This document shows positions 19,860 to 29,706 of a stretch of DNA of 64,000 nucleotides, one piece after another. Made by a program: the position numbers and the translations under genes. How positions within the stretch are numbered: the stretch's first letter is position 1; the number at the start of each line of letters is the position of its first letter. This DNA comes from Candidatus Omnitrophota bacterium (GTDB taxonomy: Bacteria > Omnitrophota > Gorgyraeia > Zapsychrales > Fredricksoniimonadaceae), in the NCBI GenBank assembly GCA_028870995.1, contig JAGWOI010000009.1, positions 7,085 through 71,084 of the forward strand. Direction: 5' to 3'. The notes under the pieces were generated by a model. It had not been told where the DNA came from. It ran no database searches and saw nothing but the letters and a program-made list of their open reading frames with translations.

Positions 19860-20729
19860 ATGAAGATATACCTGAACGGAAAATTGGTGGACAAGCGGGA
19901 GGCCAAGGTGTCGGTGTTCGATCACGGCTTTCTTTACGGCGATGGTGCTTTTGAAGGCATCCGTTCCTATAACTGCCGCGTGTTCCGCCTCAAGGAGCAT
20001 ATCGACCGTTTGTATGAAACCATGCATACGCTCATGATCGATCCCCATTTGACCAAAAAGCAGATGAACGATGTGGTGCTGGCCACCCTGCGCGCCAACA
20101 AGATCAAGGACGGCTATATCCGCCTCATCGTCAGCCGCGGCGAAGGGGACCTCGGCCTCGATCCGCGCAAATGCTTCGGCCGTCCCAACGTGATCTGCAT
20201 CACGGACAAGATCACTTTGTATCCGCCGGAGCTTTATCAACAGGGGATGGCCATCATCACGGTGCCGACGGTCAAGAATGTCCCCAATGCGCTTAATCCC
20301 CAGCTTAAGTCGCTTAATTATTTGAACAATATCCTGGCCAAGATGGAGGCCACCCATTGCGGGTATAATGAAGCCGTCATGCTTGAAGAGAACGGCTATA
20401 TCGGCGAGTGCACGGGGGACAATGTTTTTATTTATAAAGACGGCGTGTTGTCGACCCCGCACTTGGGAAGGCTAAAGGGGATCACGGCCGCTGCCATCCT
20501 GGAGCTGGCCGCCAAAATAAAAATCAAGGTGTTTGAAGGTTACATCACCCGCCATGAGATGTATAATGCTGGCGAGTGTTTTTTGACGGGCACGGCTGCG
20601 GAGCTCATCCCTATTGTGAAGGTGGACGGCCGTACGATCGGTGAAGGCCGGCCAGGGCCTGTGACCAAAAAGCTCCTGGACGCCTTCCATCAATTGACCA
20701 AAAAAGACGGTGTTAAATACAGCTTTTAA
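19860..20729 (+). CDS. ilvE: Branched-chain (or D-) amino-acid aminotransferase, fold type IV
   Basis: 289 aa. VFDHGFLYGDGAFEGIRSY...RLYETM. A class IV aminotransferase pattern, with the PLP-Lys region present. Confidence 0.85.
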   Translation: MKIYLNGKLVDKREAKVSVFDHGFLYGDGAFEGIRSYNCRVFRLKEHIDRLYETMHTLMIDPHLTKKQMNDVVLATLRANKIKDGYIRLIVSRGEGDLGLDPRKCFGRPNVICITDKITLYPPELYQQGMAIITVPTVKNVPNALNPQLKSLNYLNNILAKMEATHCGYNEAVMLEENGYIGECTGDNVFIYKDGVLSTPHLGRLKGITAAAILELAAKIKIKVFEGYITRHEMYNAGECFLTGTAAELIPIVKVDGRTIGEGRPGPVTKKLLDAFHQLTKKDGVKYSF

Positions 20730-20741
20730 TGAAAGAGCATT

Positions 20742-21272
20742 ATGACCTGTGATATTTGCGGCAAAAAGAAAGCCACGGTCCATTTGACGGAAATCGTGGA
20801 TGACCAGATGTCCGAGATGCATCTGTGCGAAGAATGCGCCCGCCAGAAGAGCTCCCAGATGGAACAGCAGTTCGGGCTGGCGGACTTGTTGGCAGGCCTG
20901 GCTGATCCCGGCAAGGCAGCGGCCAAGGAAAGCGAGAAGAATGTTCTTAAATGCTCTCGCTGTGCCCTGTTATACGAGGATTTTCGTAAATTCGGCCGCC
21001 TGGGCTGCAGCGAGTGTTACACTTCGTTTAAGGAGCACTTAACCGGACTTTTGCGCAAGATCCACGGGTCAAATAAATATTTAGGCAAGACCCCCGGGGC
21101 TTCCCAGGAGAGTGGCGGGAAGGGGCTGGCAGAGAAACCCGTGGCCTTGCTGCCGTCGGACGATTTGCTGGACCTAAAGCAGCAGTTGAAGACAGCCATT
21201 GCGGCCGAGGATTTCGAGAAGGCCGCCATCATCAGGGACAAAATCAGGAATTTGGAACAGAAAGAACAATAA
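20742..21272 (+). CDS. mcsA: McsA-like activator of the protein-arginine kinase (zinc fingers plus UVR domain)
   Basis: Two CxxC pairs (CDICGKKKA...CEECAR; CSRCALLY...CSECY). C-terminal UVR motif AIAAEDFEKAAIIRDKIRNLE. Confidence 0.85.
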   Translation: MTCDICGKKKATVHLTEIVDDQMSEMHLCEECARQKSSQMEQQFGLADLLAGLADPGKAAAKESEKNVLKCSRCALLYEDFRKFGRLGCSECYTSFKEHLTGLLRKIHGSNKYLGKTPGASQESGGKGLAEKPVALLPSDDLLDLKQQLKTAIAAEDFEKAAIIRDKIRNLEQKEQ

Positions 21273-21278
21273 AAATAT

Positions 21279-22343
21279 ATGCGCATCGAAGAATTGTTAA
21301 ACCATACAGGTGAGTGGCTCAGGGGCACGGGGCCTTCGGCCCATATTGTCATGAGCTCGAGGGTGCGTCTGGCCCGTAATCTGGAAGACTGGACCTTCCC
21401 GGGACGTTCCGGGAAAAAAGAATTGGAATCGGTTTTAAAAGCTTTTACGGAGGCCGTGGGACGCATCAATGCCTTGAAAGGCTCGACCCTCTTCGACATG
21501 ACCCAGATCGACCAGGTGGACCGCCAGCTTTTGGTGGAACGGCATTTGATGAGCCACGAGCATGCCTCCAATCCCGAGGGTAAAGGGCTTTTGGTCACCG
21601 CCGAAGAGGTGGTTTCCATCATGGTCAATGAAGAAGACCATCTGCGCATCCAGGTGATGCGTTCCGGATTGAACTTAAGCGAGGCCTGGGAGATCATCAA
21701 TGCCATTGATGATGCCTTAAGCCGCGAGCTTCAGTTTGCCTTCAATCCGGCCTGCGGATTCCTGACGGCCTGCCCTACCAATACCGGCACGGCCATGCGC
21801 GGCAGCGTCATGATGCATTTGCCGGCGCTGGTCATGACCAAGCAGATCAACAAGGTGCTGGCCGCCATTTCCAAGTTAAGCTTTGCCAGCCGCGGTTTTT
21901 ACGGCGAAGGCACGCAGGCTTCAGGGAACTTTTACCAGATCTCCAATCAGGTCTCCCTGGGGCACAGCGAGCAGGACATTATTCAGAATATCAACGGATT
22001 GATCCGCCAGGTCATCGAGCAGGAAGAGCAGGCCCGCCAGGCCCTGCTCCTGCAGAACAAGCCCATGCTCGAGGACAAGGTGTGCCGCTCCTGGGGGCTG
22101 TTGAAAAACGCGCGGATCATTTCAAGCCAGGAAGCCATCGAACTTTTTTCCATGGTGCGTTTGGGCCTGGACCTGGGGTTGTTGAAGCACGTTGACCATA
22201 AGGCGCTCAACGAGCTGTTCATCATGATCCAGCCGGCCCATCTGCAAAAGATCGAGGGTAAAAAACTAAACGCGTTCGAACGCGATACCAAAAGGGCGGC
22301 TGTCATCCGCCAGAAGTTAGGCCGTTCATCCAATAATGATTAA
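21279..22343 (+). CDS. mcsB: Protein-arginine kinase McsB (ATP:guanido phosphotransferase family)
   Basis: 354 aa. NPACGFLTACPTNTGTAMRGSVMMHLPAL is the phosphagen-kinase active-site signature. It directly precedes clpC. Confidence 0.9.
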   Translation: MRIEELLNHTGEWLRGTGPSAHIVMSSRVRLARNLEDWTFPGRSGKKELESVLKAFTEAVGRINALKGSTLFDMTQIDQVDRQLLVERHLMSHEHASNPEGKGLLVTAEEVVSIMVNEEDHLRIQVMRSGLNLSEAWEIINAIDDALSRELQFAFNPACGFLTACPTNTGTAMRGSVMMHLPALVMTKQINKVLAAISKLSFASRGFYGEGTQASGNFYQISNQVSLGHSEQDIIQNINGLIRQVIEQEEQARQALLLQNKPMLEDKVCRSWGLLKNARIISSQEAIELFSMVRLGLDLGLLKHVDHKALNELFIMIQPAHLQKIEGKKLNAFERDTKRAAVIRQKLGRSSNND

Positions 22344-22398
22344 GGTAACGGCACTTCTCCAAAATAAGATTTATTAATTAAGTAGAAGGAGGCCCAAG

Positions 22399-24825
22399 AT
22401 GTTTAACCGATTTACAGAACGAGCCCGTAAAGTCATTGTTTATGCCAAGGAAGAAGCCAAACGTTTTAACCATGATTACATCGGCACCGAGCACCTGTTG
22501 CTCGGCCTGATCCGCGAAGGCGAAGGTGTCGCCGCGGCGGTGCTGCAAAAACTCGGGCTTGATCTGGAGACGATCAGGCTTGAGGTCGAGAAGCTGGTCC
22601 AGCCCGGCCCTGCCACCCAGGTGGTGGGCGATATCCCCTTTACCCCGCGTTCCAAGAAAGCCCTGGAGCTTTCCGCTGAGGAGGCCCGGGCCTTGGGCCA
22701 TAATTACATCGGCACCGAGCATTTGCTCCTGGGGCTGGTCAAGGAAGGCGAAGGCATGGCCTACCGCGTGCTGTTGAATTTGGGGCTGGATCTGGGCAAA
22801 TTGCGCAACGAGGTCATGGAATTATTGGGCAGCGGCATCCCCGGCTACGGCCAGCAGCAGGAAACGTCCAAGACCGGCAAGACACCGGCCATCGATGCCT
22901 ACGGCCGCAATTTGAATAAACTGGCCCGCGAAGGCAAGCTTGATCCGGTGATCGGCCGCAAGAATGAGATCGAGCGCGTGATCCAGATCCTCTCCCGCCG
23001 CACCAAGAACAACCCGGTGCTGTTGGGCGAGGCCGGTATCGGCAAGACCGCCATCGTGGAGGGCCTGGCCCAGCAGATCGTCGGGGGGGACGTGCCCGAA
23101 CTGCTGCGCGACAAGACCATTGTGGTGCTGGATCTGGCCATGATGATCGCCGGCACCAAGTACCGCGGCCAGTTCGAGGAGCGCATCAAGGCCGTGATGG
23201 ATGAATTGAAACGCTCCGGCAAGATCGTGCTGTTCATCGACGAGATCCACACCCTGGTGGGCGCGGGAGCGGCCGAAGGCGCCATTGACGCCGCCAATAT
23301 CCTGAAACCGGCCCTGGCCCGCGGCGAGATCCAGTGCATCGGGGCCACCACCATGGACGAGTACCGCAAGAATATCGAGAAGGACGCGGCCCTGGAACGC
23401 CGGTTCCAGACCATCATTGTGGAGCCGCCGTCGGTGGAAGAGACCATCCTCATCCTTAAGGGTTTGCGCGACAAATACGAGGCCCATCACCGCGTCAAAT
23501 ATTCCGACGAGGCCCTGGAAGCCTCGGCGCGCCTCTCGGACCGTTACATTTCCAACCGTTTCCTGCCGGACAAGGCCGTGGACATCCTGGATGAGGCCGG
23601 GGCCAAGGCCCGCCTGCAGGCCATGGTCGTTCCCGATGACATCAAGGAGCTCGAGGAAAAGATCGAGCAGCTCAAGAAGGAAAAGGAATCCTATATCAAG
23701 ATCCAGGATTTCGAGCGCGCGGCCAAGATGCGCGATCAGGAACGCGAAGTGCGCGAGCAGCTGGAGCGCAAGCACGCCGAATGGATGCAGAAGCGCGATG
23801 ACGTCTCCTTGACCATCACCGACGATGATATCGCCAAGGTGGTGTCCCAATGGACCAAGATACCCTTGATCCGCCTGGAACAGAAGGAAAGCGAGAGGCT
23901 CTTGAAGATGGAAGACCAGATGAAAAAATCGGTGGTCGGCCAGGACGAGGCGGTCTCCGCCATCTCCCGCGCCGTGCGCCGTTCCCGGGCCGGCATCAAG
24001 AACCCGCGCCGTCCCATCGGTTCCTTCATCTTTTTGGGTCCGACGGGTGTGGGCAAGAGCCTGTTGGCCCGTATCCTGGCGGAATTCATGTTCGGCGACC
24101 AGGACGCCCTGATCCAGATCGACATGTCGGAATACATGGACAAGTTCAACGTCTCGCGCTTGATCGGCGCGCCGCCGGGTTATGTGGGCTACGAAGAAGG
24201 CGGGCAGCTGACCGAGAAGGTGCGGCGCCGTCCTTATTCCGTGGTGCTTTTGGATGAGATCGAAAAAGCCCATCCGGATGTGTTCAACATCCTGCTGCAG
24301 GTTTTTGAAGACGGTCAGTTGACCGACAGCCTGGGACGCAAGGTGGATTTCCGAAATACCATCATCATCATGACCTCCAACGTGGGGGCCGAAACGATCC
24401 GCCAGGCAGGTTCGCTGGGTTTCGTGGCCCAGGCGGAAGACACGTCGTACAATGCCGTCAAGGACCGCCTGCTCAATGAGGTCAAGAAGGCCTTTAAGCC
24501 GGAGTTCCTTAACCGTATCGACGATATCATCGTGTTCAGGAGCCTGACCAAGGCTGACCTGACCGCCATTATTAAGCTGGAAGTCAACGAGGTGGTCGAC
24601 CGCCTCAAGGACAGGGGCATCGATATCGCCCTGTCTCCCGAGGCCATGGATTTCCTCATGGAAAAGGGTTATGACCCCCTCTACGGGGCCAGGCCTTTGA
24701 AGAGGACCATCCAGCGCTATGTGGAAGACATGCTTTCCGAGGAGATCATCTCTGGACGGTTCAAAGAAGGCAGTAAGGTGACGGTTGTCCGTAAGGAAGA
24801 CAATCTGGCGCTTGCGACGGCATAA
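22399..24825 (+). CDS. clpC: ATP-dependent Clp protease ATP-binding subunit ClpC
   Basis: 808 aa. Two N-terminal Clp-N repeats, two AAA+ modules ([15 protein letters not shown]; [15 protein letters not shown]) and a UVR-like middle domain. Confidence 0.96.
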   Translation: MFNRFTERARKVIVYAKEEAKRFNHDYIGTEHLLLGLIREGEGVAAAVLQKLGLDLETIRLEVEKLVQPGPATQVVGDIPFTPRSKKALELSAEEARALGHNYIGTEHLLLGLVKEGEGMAYRVLLNLGLDLGKLRNEVMELLGSGIPGYGQQQETSKTGKTPAIDAYGRNLNKLAREGKLDPVIGRKNEIERVIQILSRRTKNNPVLLGEAGIGKTAIVEGLAQQIVGGDVPELLRDKTIVVLDLAMMIAGTKYRGQFEERIKAVMDELKRSGKIVLFIDEIHTLVGAGAAEGAIDAANILKPALARGEIQCIGATTMDEYRKNIEKDAALERRFQTIIVEPPSVEETILILKGLRDKYEAHHRVKYSDEALEASARLSDRYISNRFLPDKAVDILDEAGAKARLQAMVVPDDIKELEEKIEQLKKEKESYIKIQDFERAAKMRDQEREVREQLERKHAEWMQKRDDVSLTITDDDIAKVVSQWTKIPLIRLEQKESERLLKMEDQMKKSVVGQDEAVSAISRAVRRSRAGIKNPRRPIGSFIFLGPTGVGKSLLARILAEFMFGDQDALIQIDMSEYMDKFNVSRLIGAPPGYVGYEEGGQLTEKVRRRPYSVVLLDEIEKAHPDVFNILLQVFEDGQLTDSLGRKVDFRNTIIIMTSNVGAETIRQAGSLGFVAQAEDTSYNAVKDRLLNEVKKAFKPEFLNRIDDIIVFRSLTKADLTAIIKLEVNEVVDRLKDRGIDIALSPEAMDFLMEKGYDPLYGARPLKRTIQRYVEDMLSEEIISGRFKEGSKVTVVRKEDNLALATA

Positions 24826-24838
24826 ACTTTAAGAACCC

Positions 24839-25624
24839 ATGAACATTGCGGCTTCCAGGATCCCAACCTCTATAACGGATTGGGTGCGTTATGTGGGGCA
24901 GCTTTCCCTGCTGCTTGGCCAAACAGTGGCCAGCGCACTGACCCCGCCGTTTAAAGGCACCCGCTCGTTGATCCAGGCCTATCGCATCGGGCCGGGAAGC
25001 TTTATGATTTCGGCCCTGGTGGCTTACTTTGTAGGCATGATCATCGCCCTGCAGATGGCCTACCAGATGATGCAGCTTTCCGCCGAGCTTTATATCCCTA
25101 ACGTGGTCGCCGTGGCGTTGACAAGGGAATTGACGCCGGTGTTGACCGCCCTGATCGTGGCCGGCCGCGTCGGCGCGGGCATCGCCGCGGAAATCGGGTC
25201 AATGGTGGTGACCGAACAGGTGGACGCGCTGCGGGCCTTTGCCGTCAATCCTGTCAAGTACCTGGTCGTGCCGCGGTTCCTGGGGCTTATCATCATGCTG
25301 CCGGTGTTGACCATGCTTTCGGACATGATCGGCATCTGGGGCGGCTATGTGATATGCGTTTACAAATTGCATATCAGCCATGAGATGTTCTGGAAGATGA
25401 CCTTTCACGCCCTGACGATGAAGGACATCATCACAGGCTTGACCAAAACCGTCTTTTTCGGCGGCATCATCGCCATCGTGGGATGCTATCACGGCTTGTC
25501 GGTCAAGGGCGGGGCGGACGGGGTGGGTAAGGCCACCACCACGGCCGTGGTGCGGTCGTTTATCCTGATCATCGCCACAGATTGCCTTATCACCTTTGTG
25601 TTTTACTTTTTGTTGAATGTTTAA
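24839..25624 (+). CDS. mlaE: Phospholipid ABC transporter permease MlaE
   Basis: 261 aa, 5 TM segments. The MlaE-family pattern ...ELTPVLTALIVAGRVGAGIAAEIGSMVVTEQVDAL. Confidence 0.9.
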   Translation: MNIAASRIPTSITDWVRYVGQLSLLLGQTVASALTPPFKGTRSLIQAYRIGPGSFMISALVAYFVGMIIALQMAYQMMQLSAELYIPNVVAVALTRELTPVLTALIVAGRVGAGIAAEIGSMVVTEQVDALRAFAVNPVKYLVVPRFLGLIIMLPVLTMLSDMIGIWGGYVICVYKLHISHEMFWKMTFHALTMKDIITGLTKTVFFGGIIAIVGCYHGLSVKGGADGVGKATTTAVVRSFILIIATDCLITFVFYFLLNV

Positions 25625-25633
25625 GCTCTTTGA

Positions 25634-25810
25634 GCGTATAGGTTAACCGGTATTGCTTCAGAAACGGGGATATTTTTGCCGTCCGCTACGGTTTACAGCT
25701 CGGCTGCTATCGCGATAAGGCATTCGCGGCAGCCTCGCTGTAAAGCCTTGCGGACATTTGGCAAAAAATCTCTGATCGTTTCTGAAGCAATACCGGCTTA
25801 ACCTATACGC
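25634..25810. repeat. Giant imperfect palindrome, family 1, copy 2 (177 bp)
   Basis: Arms are GCGTATAGGTTAACCGGTATTGCTTCAGAAACG / CGTTTCTGAAGCAATACCGGCTTAACCTATACGC. The core is shared with copies 1 and 3, with compensatory changes between the arms. Confidence 0.9.
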
Positions 25811-25837
25811 AAGAAATATAGCGGCATCAGCCTGGTA

Positions 25838-26596
25838 ATGGTTTACGAACTTAATAGATTCGTGAGTAACGACAAGTATGTTGACAAAAAAGACATTATT
25901 GACGCAATACGTAAAACCGCAAAACAGAACGGCGATAGCCCTTTAGGCGTCGGTAGATTCGAAAAAGAGACAGGAATAAAAAGTTATGATTGGGGAAAAT
26001 ATTGGGCACGGTTTGGGGATGCACAAAAGGAGGCTGGTTTTAAGTCAAATCAGTTACAAATTGCCTATACTGACGAGTTTATTATTGAGAAGATAATTGG
26101 TGTGATTTGTAAGCTTGATAAATTTCCAACCCTACGCGAAATGGTGGTAGAACATCATAACGATTCTGAGTTTCCGAGTTATAGTGTTTTTAGACGCTTA
26201 GGTACGAGGGAACAAATTGTAAATAAAGTAATGGAATATTGTAAGGATAAGAGTGCTTACGATGATATTGTTACTCTTTGTGGATCAATTCTTGGGAGTT
26301 CCAAAGATGAAAAGGTTATGGATGAGTCTAACATTCAGATTGGAGAAGTATACCTTTTCAAGTCGTGTCGGTATTATAAAATTGGAAAAACATATGACAC
26401 CGTGAGGCGGGGCAGTGAACTTAGGATTCAATTACCAGAAAAATGCGAATTAATACATTCTATTAAGACTGATGATCCAAGTGGTATCGAAGCTTATTGG
26501 CATAAACGATTTGAGACGAAAAGGATGAATGGTGAGTGGTTTGACTTAAGCTTTGCTGAAGTAAAGGCATTTAAGCTTTGGAGACGTATAAATTAA
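25838..26596 (+). CDS. Free-standing homing-endonuclease-like protein: two N-terminal HNH/homing-endonuclease-associated repeats plus a C-terminal T5orf172/GIY-YIG-like nuclease domain
   Basis: C-terminus is GEVYLFKSCRYYKIGKTYDTVRRGSEL...LIHSIKTDDPSGIEAYWHKRFETKRMNGEWFDL (the GIY..YIG..R..E..N pattern of T5orf172). N-terminus has two repeats of ...P..FGxxxxA..EAGF type (SPLGVGRFEKETGIKSYDWGKYWARFGDAQKEAGF). AT-rich. Confidence 0.7.
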   Translation: MVYELNRFVSNDKYVDKKDIIDAIRKTAKQNGDSPLGVGRFEKETGIKSYDWGKYWARFGDAQKEAGFKSNQLQIAYTDEFIIEKIIGVICKLDKFPTLREMVVEHHNDSEFPSYSVFRRLGTREQIVNKVMEYCKDKSAYDDIVTLCGSILGSSKDEKVMDESNIQIGEVYLFKSCRYYKIGKTYDTVRRGSELRIQLPEKCELIHSIKTDDPSGIEAYWHKRFETKRMNGEWFDLSFAEVKAFKLWRRIN

Positions 26597-26634
26597 GATG
26601 TATTTATGGCAGGGAGCAGATATGTGCATGGAAA

Positions 26635-26802
26635 GGATGGATAGGTAGGATGTTTTCAGAACGGGGATATTTCCGCCGTCCGCTACGGTTTATGGCTCGG
26701 TTTCTATCGCAATAAAGCATACGCGGAAACCTCGCCATAAAACCTTGCGGACATTTGGCGGAAAATCCCTGAATATTCTGAAAACATCCTACCTATCCAT
26801 CC
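26635..26802. repeat. Giant imperfect palindrome, family 1, copy 3 (168 bp)
   Basis: Arms are GGATGGATAGGTAGGATGTTTTCAGAA / TTCTGAAAACATCCTACCTATCCATCC. The core is conserved while the outer arms differ from copies 1 and 2 yet remain perfectly self-complementary. Confidence 0.9.
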
Positions 26803-26838
26803 GTCCAAGCGTAAGATGGGAAGCGTGTAAGGCGTACA

Positions 26839-27612
26839 ATGATTGAGATACGGAATCTATATAAGACCTTCGGCAAACAGATGGTGCTTAATAATTTGAG
26901 CCTGAACATCCGCCGGGGGGAGACCAAGGTGGTCATCGGCCGGTCAGGGGCCGGGAAAACCGTGCTTTTGAGGAATATCGTCGGGCTGGTGCGGCCGGAC
27001 AGCGGCTCGATCAAGATCAACGGCACGGAAGTCACCGCCCTCGGGGAGAAGGAATACGACCGCCTGCGCATGGAGATCGGCATGGTGTTCCAGGGCGGGG
27101 CGTTGTTCGATTCCATGAATGTCGCCGACAACGTGGCCTTTGTGCTGAATGAGTTCATGAACCTGGATAAAAAGACCGTTGCCGACAAGGTGCGCGACTC
27201 CCTGGCCCTGGTGGGCCTCAAGGACGTGGAGCACATGATGCCCGCCCAGCTGTCCGGCGGCATGCGCAAGCGCGTCAGCCTGGCGCGCGTCTTGTGCATG
27301 GAACCCCACATTATTTTGTACGATGAGCCGACCACCGGTGTCGACCCTATCACCGCCGCGGCCATCAATCATTTGATCATCGAGCTGCGCAACAAGCTTA
27401 AAGTGACGTCCATCGTGGTGACCCATGACATGAATTCCGCCTATATGGTGGCGGATTCCATCGCCATGTTTTACCGGGGGCAGATCATTGCCGACGGCAC
27501 GCCGGATGAAATCAGGAATTCCAAGCATCCGGTCATTAAACAGTTTATCAATGGCGAGGCCCATGGGCCCATCACCGAGGATGAAAGCCTGATTTTTGGC
27601 CATGTTAAATAA
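26839..27612 (+). CDS. mlaF: Phospholipid ABC transporter ATPase MlaF
   Basis: Walker A GRSGAGKTV, signature LSGGMRKRVSLARVL, Walker B ILYDEPTTGVDP. Confidence 0.92.
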   Translation: MIEIRNLYKTFGKQMVLNNLSLNIRRGETKVVIGRSGAGKTVLLRNIVGLVRPDSGSIKINGTEVTALGEKEYDRLRMEIGMVFQGGALFDSMNVADNVAFVLNEFMNLDKKTVADKVRDSLALVGLKDVEHMMPAQLSGGMRKRVSLARVLCMEPHIILYDEPTTGVDPITAAAINHLIIELRNKLKVTSIVVTHDMNSAYMVADSIAMFYRGQIIADGTPDEIRNSKHPVIKQFINGEAHGPITEDESLIFGHVK

Positions 27613-27628
27613 TTAGGGGAGAGCTGAT

Positions 27629-28321
27629 ATGTCCCAAGAAAACAACGGACTGGAATTGAAGGTGGGTTCATTCGTGCTGATGGCGATCTTGGCGCTGACC
27701 TTTTTCATCATTTCCGTCAGCGATCTTTCGATTTTCGAGAAGGGGCGCCATCTTCAGGTGATCTTCGGGTTTGCCAGCGGCCTCAAAGAGGCCTCGCCGG
27801 TGCGCCTGGCCGGGGTGGAAGTGGGCATGGTCAAGAAATTGCAGGTTTTTACCGACCCCAAAGACGGGGGGAAGACCAAGGTGCGGGTCAACGCCTGGAT
27901 CAAGGATAATATCGCCATTCCCGTCGACTCCAGCATCACCATCAACCAGCTCGGTATCCTGGGGGAAAAATACCTCGAGATCATCCCCGGCCATTCGAAG
28001 GAGCAGCTTTCGGACAATGCCGTGATCGTGGGCCATGACCCGGTGCCCATTGAAAAAATTACTGAACACCTTGATTTATTGATGTCCAAATTGGATACGA
28101 CGGTGGACGGCATCAACAACGGTATTTTAAGCGCAAAGAATAAAAAATCCCTCGAGGCGGCCCTGGAAGGGTTCGGCGCCGTCGGCACCGACTTAAAAGA
28201 AGGCCGGGGCACCTTGGGTAAATTATTGACCGACGAATCCATCTATAACAATCTTGATGATATGACCGCTGATTTGAAGAACAATCCCTGGAAGCTGCTG
28301 TACCGGCCCAGACCGAAATGA
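27629..28321 (+). CDS. mlaD: MlaD (MCE-domain substrate-binding protein)
   Basis: N-terminal TM anchor plus the MCE domain VIFGFASGLKEASPVRLAGVEVGMVKK. Confidence 0.88.
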   Translation: MSQENNGLELKVGSFVLMAILALTFFIISVSDLSIFEKGRHLQVIFGFASGLKEASPVRLAGVEVGMVKKLQVFTDPKDGGKTKVRVNAWIKDNIAIPVDSSITINQLGILGEKYLEIIPGHSKEQLSDNAVIVGHDPVPIEKITEHLDLLMSKLDTTVDGINNGILSAKNKKSLEAALEGFGAVGTDLKEGRGTLGKLLTDESIYNNLDDMTADLKNNPWKLLYRPRPK

Positions 28322-29691
28322 AAACCAAGACCGTATTCGTTTGCCAAAGTTGTGGTTCCCAGTCCCCGCGTTGGGTGGGCAAATGCCCCAATTGCGAAGA
28401 GTGGAATTCCTATGTGGAGGAGGCTTTTACTGAGCCTGCCGCCAAGGGGAGCGTGCGGGCGGCCTTGGCCGCCCAGGTAACGGCGGCACCGGTCCTTCTT
28501 AAAGAAGTTGACATCGCCGCAGACACGCGTTACAGGACCCATATCGGGGAATTTGACCGGGTCATGGGCGGCGGGATCGTGCCCGGATCCGTGACTCTCA
28601 TCGGCGGGGACCCCGGTATCGGCAAATCAACCATTATTTTGCAGGCGGCGGCGGCCCTGGCGGCCGGTGGCCTGAAGGTTTTGTACATCAGCGGCGAGGA
28701 ATCCGTCAAGCAGGCCAAAATGCGCGCGGACCGCGTGGCCGGCCAGGCTAACGAGAATTTTTTTATTGTCAATGAGATCGACGTTCAGGCCATCATCGGC
28801 TACATCCATGAATTGGCGCCGCAAGTCGTCATCATTGATTCCATTCAGGTCGTCCACCTGGCGGAAATTTCTTCGTCGCCCGGATCGGTGGCCCAGGTCA
28901 GGGAAAGTGCTGCCGTGCTGACCCAGGCGGCCAAGCGCGCGGCCCAAGCGCTTTTTCTCATCGGCCATGTGACCAAGGAAGGCATGCTGGCGGGGCCCCG
29001 GGTGCTGGAGCACATGGTGGACAGTGTGCTTTATTTTGAAGGCGAGCGCTATTCATCCTACCGCATCCTGCGGGCCAACAAGAACCGTTTTGGTTCCACC
29101 AATGAGATCGGTGTTTTTGAGATGACCGCCAGGGGGCTGCAGGAAGTATTGAACCCCTCGGAGATTTTTTTGTGCGAGCGCCCTCGGGATTCTTCGGGGT
29201 CGGTGGTGGTGCCTATTCTCGAAGGGACGAGGCCTTTTTTGGTGGAGATCCAGGGACTGGTTTCCCGCAGCGCCTTCGGCATGGTGCGCCAGAAAGCGCA
29301 GGGGTTCGATGCCAACCGCTTAGGGCTCCTGGCCGCGGTCTTGGAGAAAAGATTGGGATTGAATCTGGGGGACAAGGATATTTTTTTGAATGTGGTGGGC
29401 GGGGTAAAGGTCGAAGACCCGGCGGCAGACCTGGGCGTTACGCTCGCCATTGCTTCGGCGCTCTTGGACAAGGTGGTCAGCCACGAGACGGCCGTCTTGG
29501 GGGAGGTCGGGCTTTCGGGAGAGGTACGCAGCGTCTCCCAAATCGCTTCCCGCGTTAATGAAGCGCAGAAGCTGGGGTTCACCCGCTGCCTGGTGCCTAA
29601 AAACAATCTAAAGAACAAGGATGATTTCAACCCGTCGGGTATCAAGCTGGTTGCGGTCACGACTGTCAGGGAAGCGTTGGATAAGTTATAA
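28318..29691 (+). CDS. radA: DNA repair protein RadA/Sms
   Basis: N-terminal zinc finger CQSCGSQSPRWVGKCPNCEEW, RecA-like ATPase GGDPGIGKSTIILQ, and a Lon-like C-domain. Confidence 0.95.
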   Translation: MKTKTVFVCQSCGSQSPRWVGKCPNCEEWNSYVEEAFTEPAAKGSVRAALAAQVTAAPVLLKEVDIAADTRYRTHIGEFDRVMGGGIVPGSVTLIGGDPGIGKSTIILQAAAALAAGGLKVLYISGEESVKQAKMRADRVAGQANENFFIVNEIDVQAIIGYIHELAPQVVIIDSIQVVHLAEISSSPGSVAQVRESAAVLTQAAKRAAQALFLIGHVTKEGMLAGPRVLEHMVDSVLYFEGERYSSYRILRANKNRFGSTNEIGVFEMTARGLQEVLNPSEIFLCERPRDSSGSVVVPILEGTRPFLVEIQGLVSRSAFGMVRQKAQGFDANRLGLLAAVLEKRLGLNLGDKDIFLNVVGGVKVEDPAADLGVTLAIASALLDKVVSHETAVLGEVGLSGEVRSVSQIASRVNEAQKLGFTRCLVPKNNLKNKDDFNPSGIKLVAVTTVREALDKL

Positions 29692-29706
29692 ACAAGAGGA
29701 GTCCAC

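Larger units (their letters stand above)
25634..26802. mobile_element. Homing-endonuclease-like gene cassette flanked by two giant palindromes, inserted between mlaE and mlaF
   Basis: A low-GC (~37%) 1.2-kb segment splits the otherwise contiguous mlaE-mlaF-mlaD operon. It is bracketed by family-1 palindrome copies 2 and 3. Confidence 0.65.

Noticed and set aside
20729-20742. ctsR upstream of mcsA
   Set aside because: Only 12 bp separate ilvE and mcsA, and there is no ctsR-like ORF nearby.
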